DNA of 64,000 bases, taken from positions 186,001 to 250,000 of the forward strand of contig MU053758.1 in the NCBI GenBank assembly GCA_013239625.1. The letters run 5' to 3'. The position numbers and the translations under genes were made by a program. The DNA comes from Lama guanicoe (Eukaryota). Below the pieces are notes generated by a model. It worked only from the letters and a program-made list of their open reading frames with translations. It searched no databases and was not told the DNA's origin. Shown piece after piece: positions 62,711 to 64,000 of the stretch; positions within the stretch are counted from its first letter, which is position 1, and each line of letters starts with the position of its first letter.

Positions 62711-64000
62711 TAGCATTGCAGTTTTCTGTTATCTTGTTTTTCTGCAAGACCTAGATATCTTACATATATCTTGGTGGTTTGTGATGCCCCCTAAACCATG
62801 TTCTAAGTGACTGAGAAAGGACCTGGATGCCTTGGACGCCTATTTGCTTGGGTTTTCTTTCTTCTACTGTATTGTATCCTTTGTCATTATTACAGATTAG
62901 ATAAGTATACTTTGCTAAGTCTCATGTGTCCCATCAATCATCTGATCCTTTGTAATTGCTGAGCCACCTGCTTGGCTTCTACGGCTTCTGTGAACTCCTT
63001 CCCGAAGGTCAGATGCGTCTAAGGGGACAGAGTGAGCGCGAGACGAGGCAGTGTGACTGTTGAGACTGTGCTGCCGCGAGGCCCCACAGCCGCCAGAGGG
63101 GGTGGCCAGCAAAGGCTCCAGCAGCTGGAGGCATTGTGAGCCAGACCACCCTTCCACCTCCACCTCTGCGTCCAAACTGAGCCCACAGCCTGGAATCTTC
63201 GGCCGCCCCACAGGCTCCTGTACGTCTTTCTGTCCCTCTCAGGTAGGAAACAGCCCACGGGCACCAGAAGGTATTTACTCCAACTGACCACCTCGCTAGG
63301 GAGGAGACCTGTGGGTGCCAGGACCCCACCACTGACTAGTGCTCTTCCGAGGTCCTGTGATGGCCTGTCTGAAGCCCCCAGAGAGGCCAGATGGAAAACT
63401 GAGCCCCTGAGAGTGAGGGATGCAGCTGGTTCTCAGGGGTTCAGGAGCGTTATGCCCTCTGCTTGTGAATCAACCAGTTCACTTCTTTCTCACAGCACCT
63501 CCGCCACAAAACAGGGAGAGGACGAGAGAGAAGATTTCCAAACCATGATCTTGCAAATTATGGTATTCCCTATGTGTGAGTGCTTCTGGTAAAGAGTTTA
63601 AAAGAAGAAGTCAGAGTGAAGATTTAAAATTCTGATTATGCATGCACCTTCCTTTATGACATGAATAAGAGACCTGGCTGAAATAAATGTCCCTAATGCT
63701 AATGCAAACAATGAGAAAAGATCTCAGGGTTTCTTATGCCTAGTCTAGAGCAATTTACCAACTAACTTCATTTGTTTTTATTAAAAAAGAAGAAGGAAAG
63801 AAGTAAACAGCATTTGTTTTTCTACTTGTTTCATTTCTTCCTTACTCCCCTAATGTCTGCTTTTACTAATATAAGCAGTTCAGAACTTCTACTTAAGACA
63901 ACATTTTGGTCTCTCTTTCTTCCAGAATCTTTAACACTTTCAGTCCCCCAAAATATGCCTGTTTTGTTCTGTCTGCTGTTTCTACTCTTGTTCAAAGTTT

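Noticed and set aside
63000..63420. GC-rich patch as a promoter or exon
   Set aside because: CpG density is modest and there is no supported splice pair or recognisable product.

Overview
Mammalian genomic DNA, most likely camelid (inferred from the tRNA-derived SINE family), and mostly transposon-derived, with one 376-N assembly gap. The only supported protein gene is B4GALNT2 (Sda/Cad beta-1,4-GalNAc transferase) on the minus strand. Its short first coding exon (MTSCG, 39954-39967) lies in a CpG island, and exons 2-7 run leftwards to position 3285. The seven exons splice into one open frame of 766 nt; intron 5 has a non-canonical GC donor, and the remaining exons lie left of the window. The introns hold a SUMO2 processed pseudogene, a full-length U6 snRNA/LINE-1 chimeric retrocopy, three-tier nested insertions and an ERVK-type solo LTR inside a young L1. 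About 8 and 12 kb upstream are two diverged ~330-bp direct repeats that share an identical 39-nt core with a CTCF-like motif. I found no convincing new multi-gene system. The best leads are the conserved duplicated core, inverted repeats around the frame-symmetric exons 2-3, a nonsense mutation shared by two L1 copies, and the U6-L1 chimera. Repeat family names come from recall of consensus sequences, not from a database search, and boundaries without a TSD are approximate.
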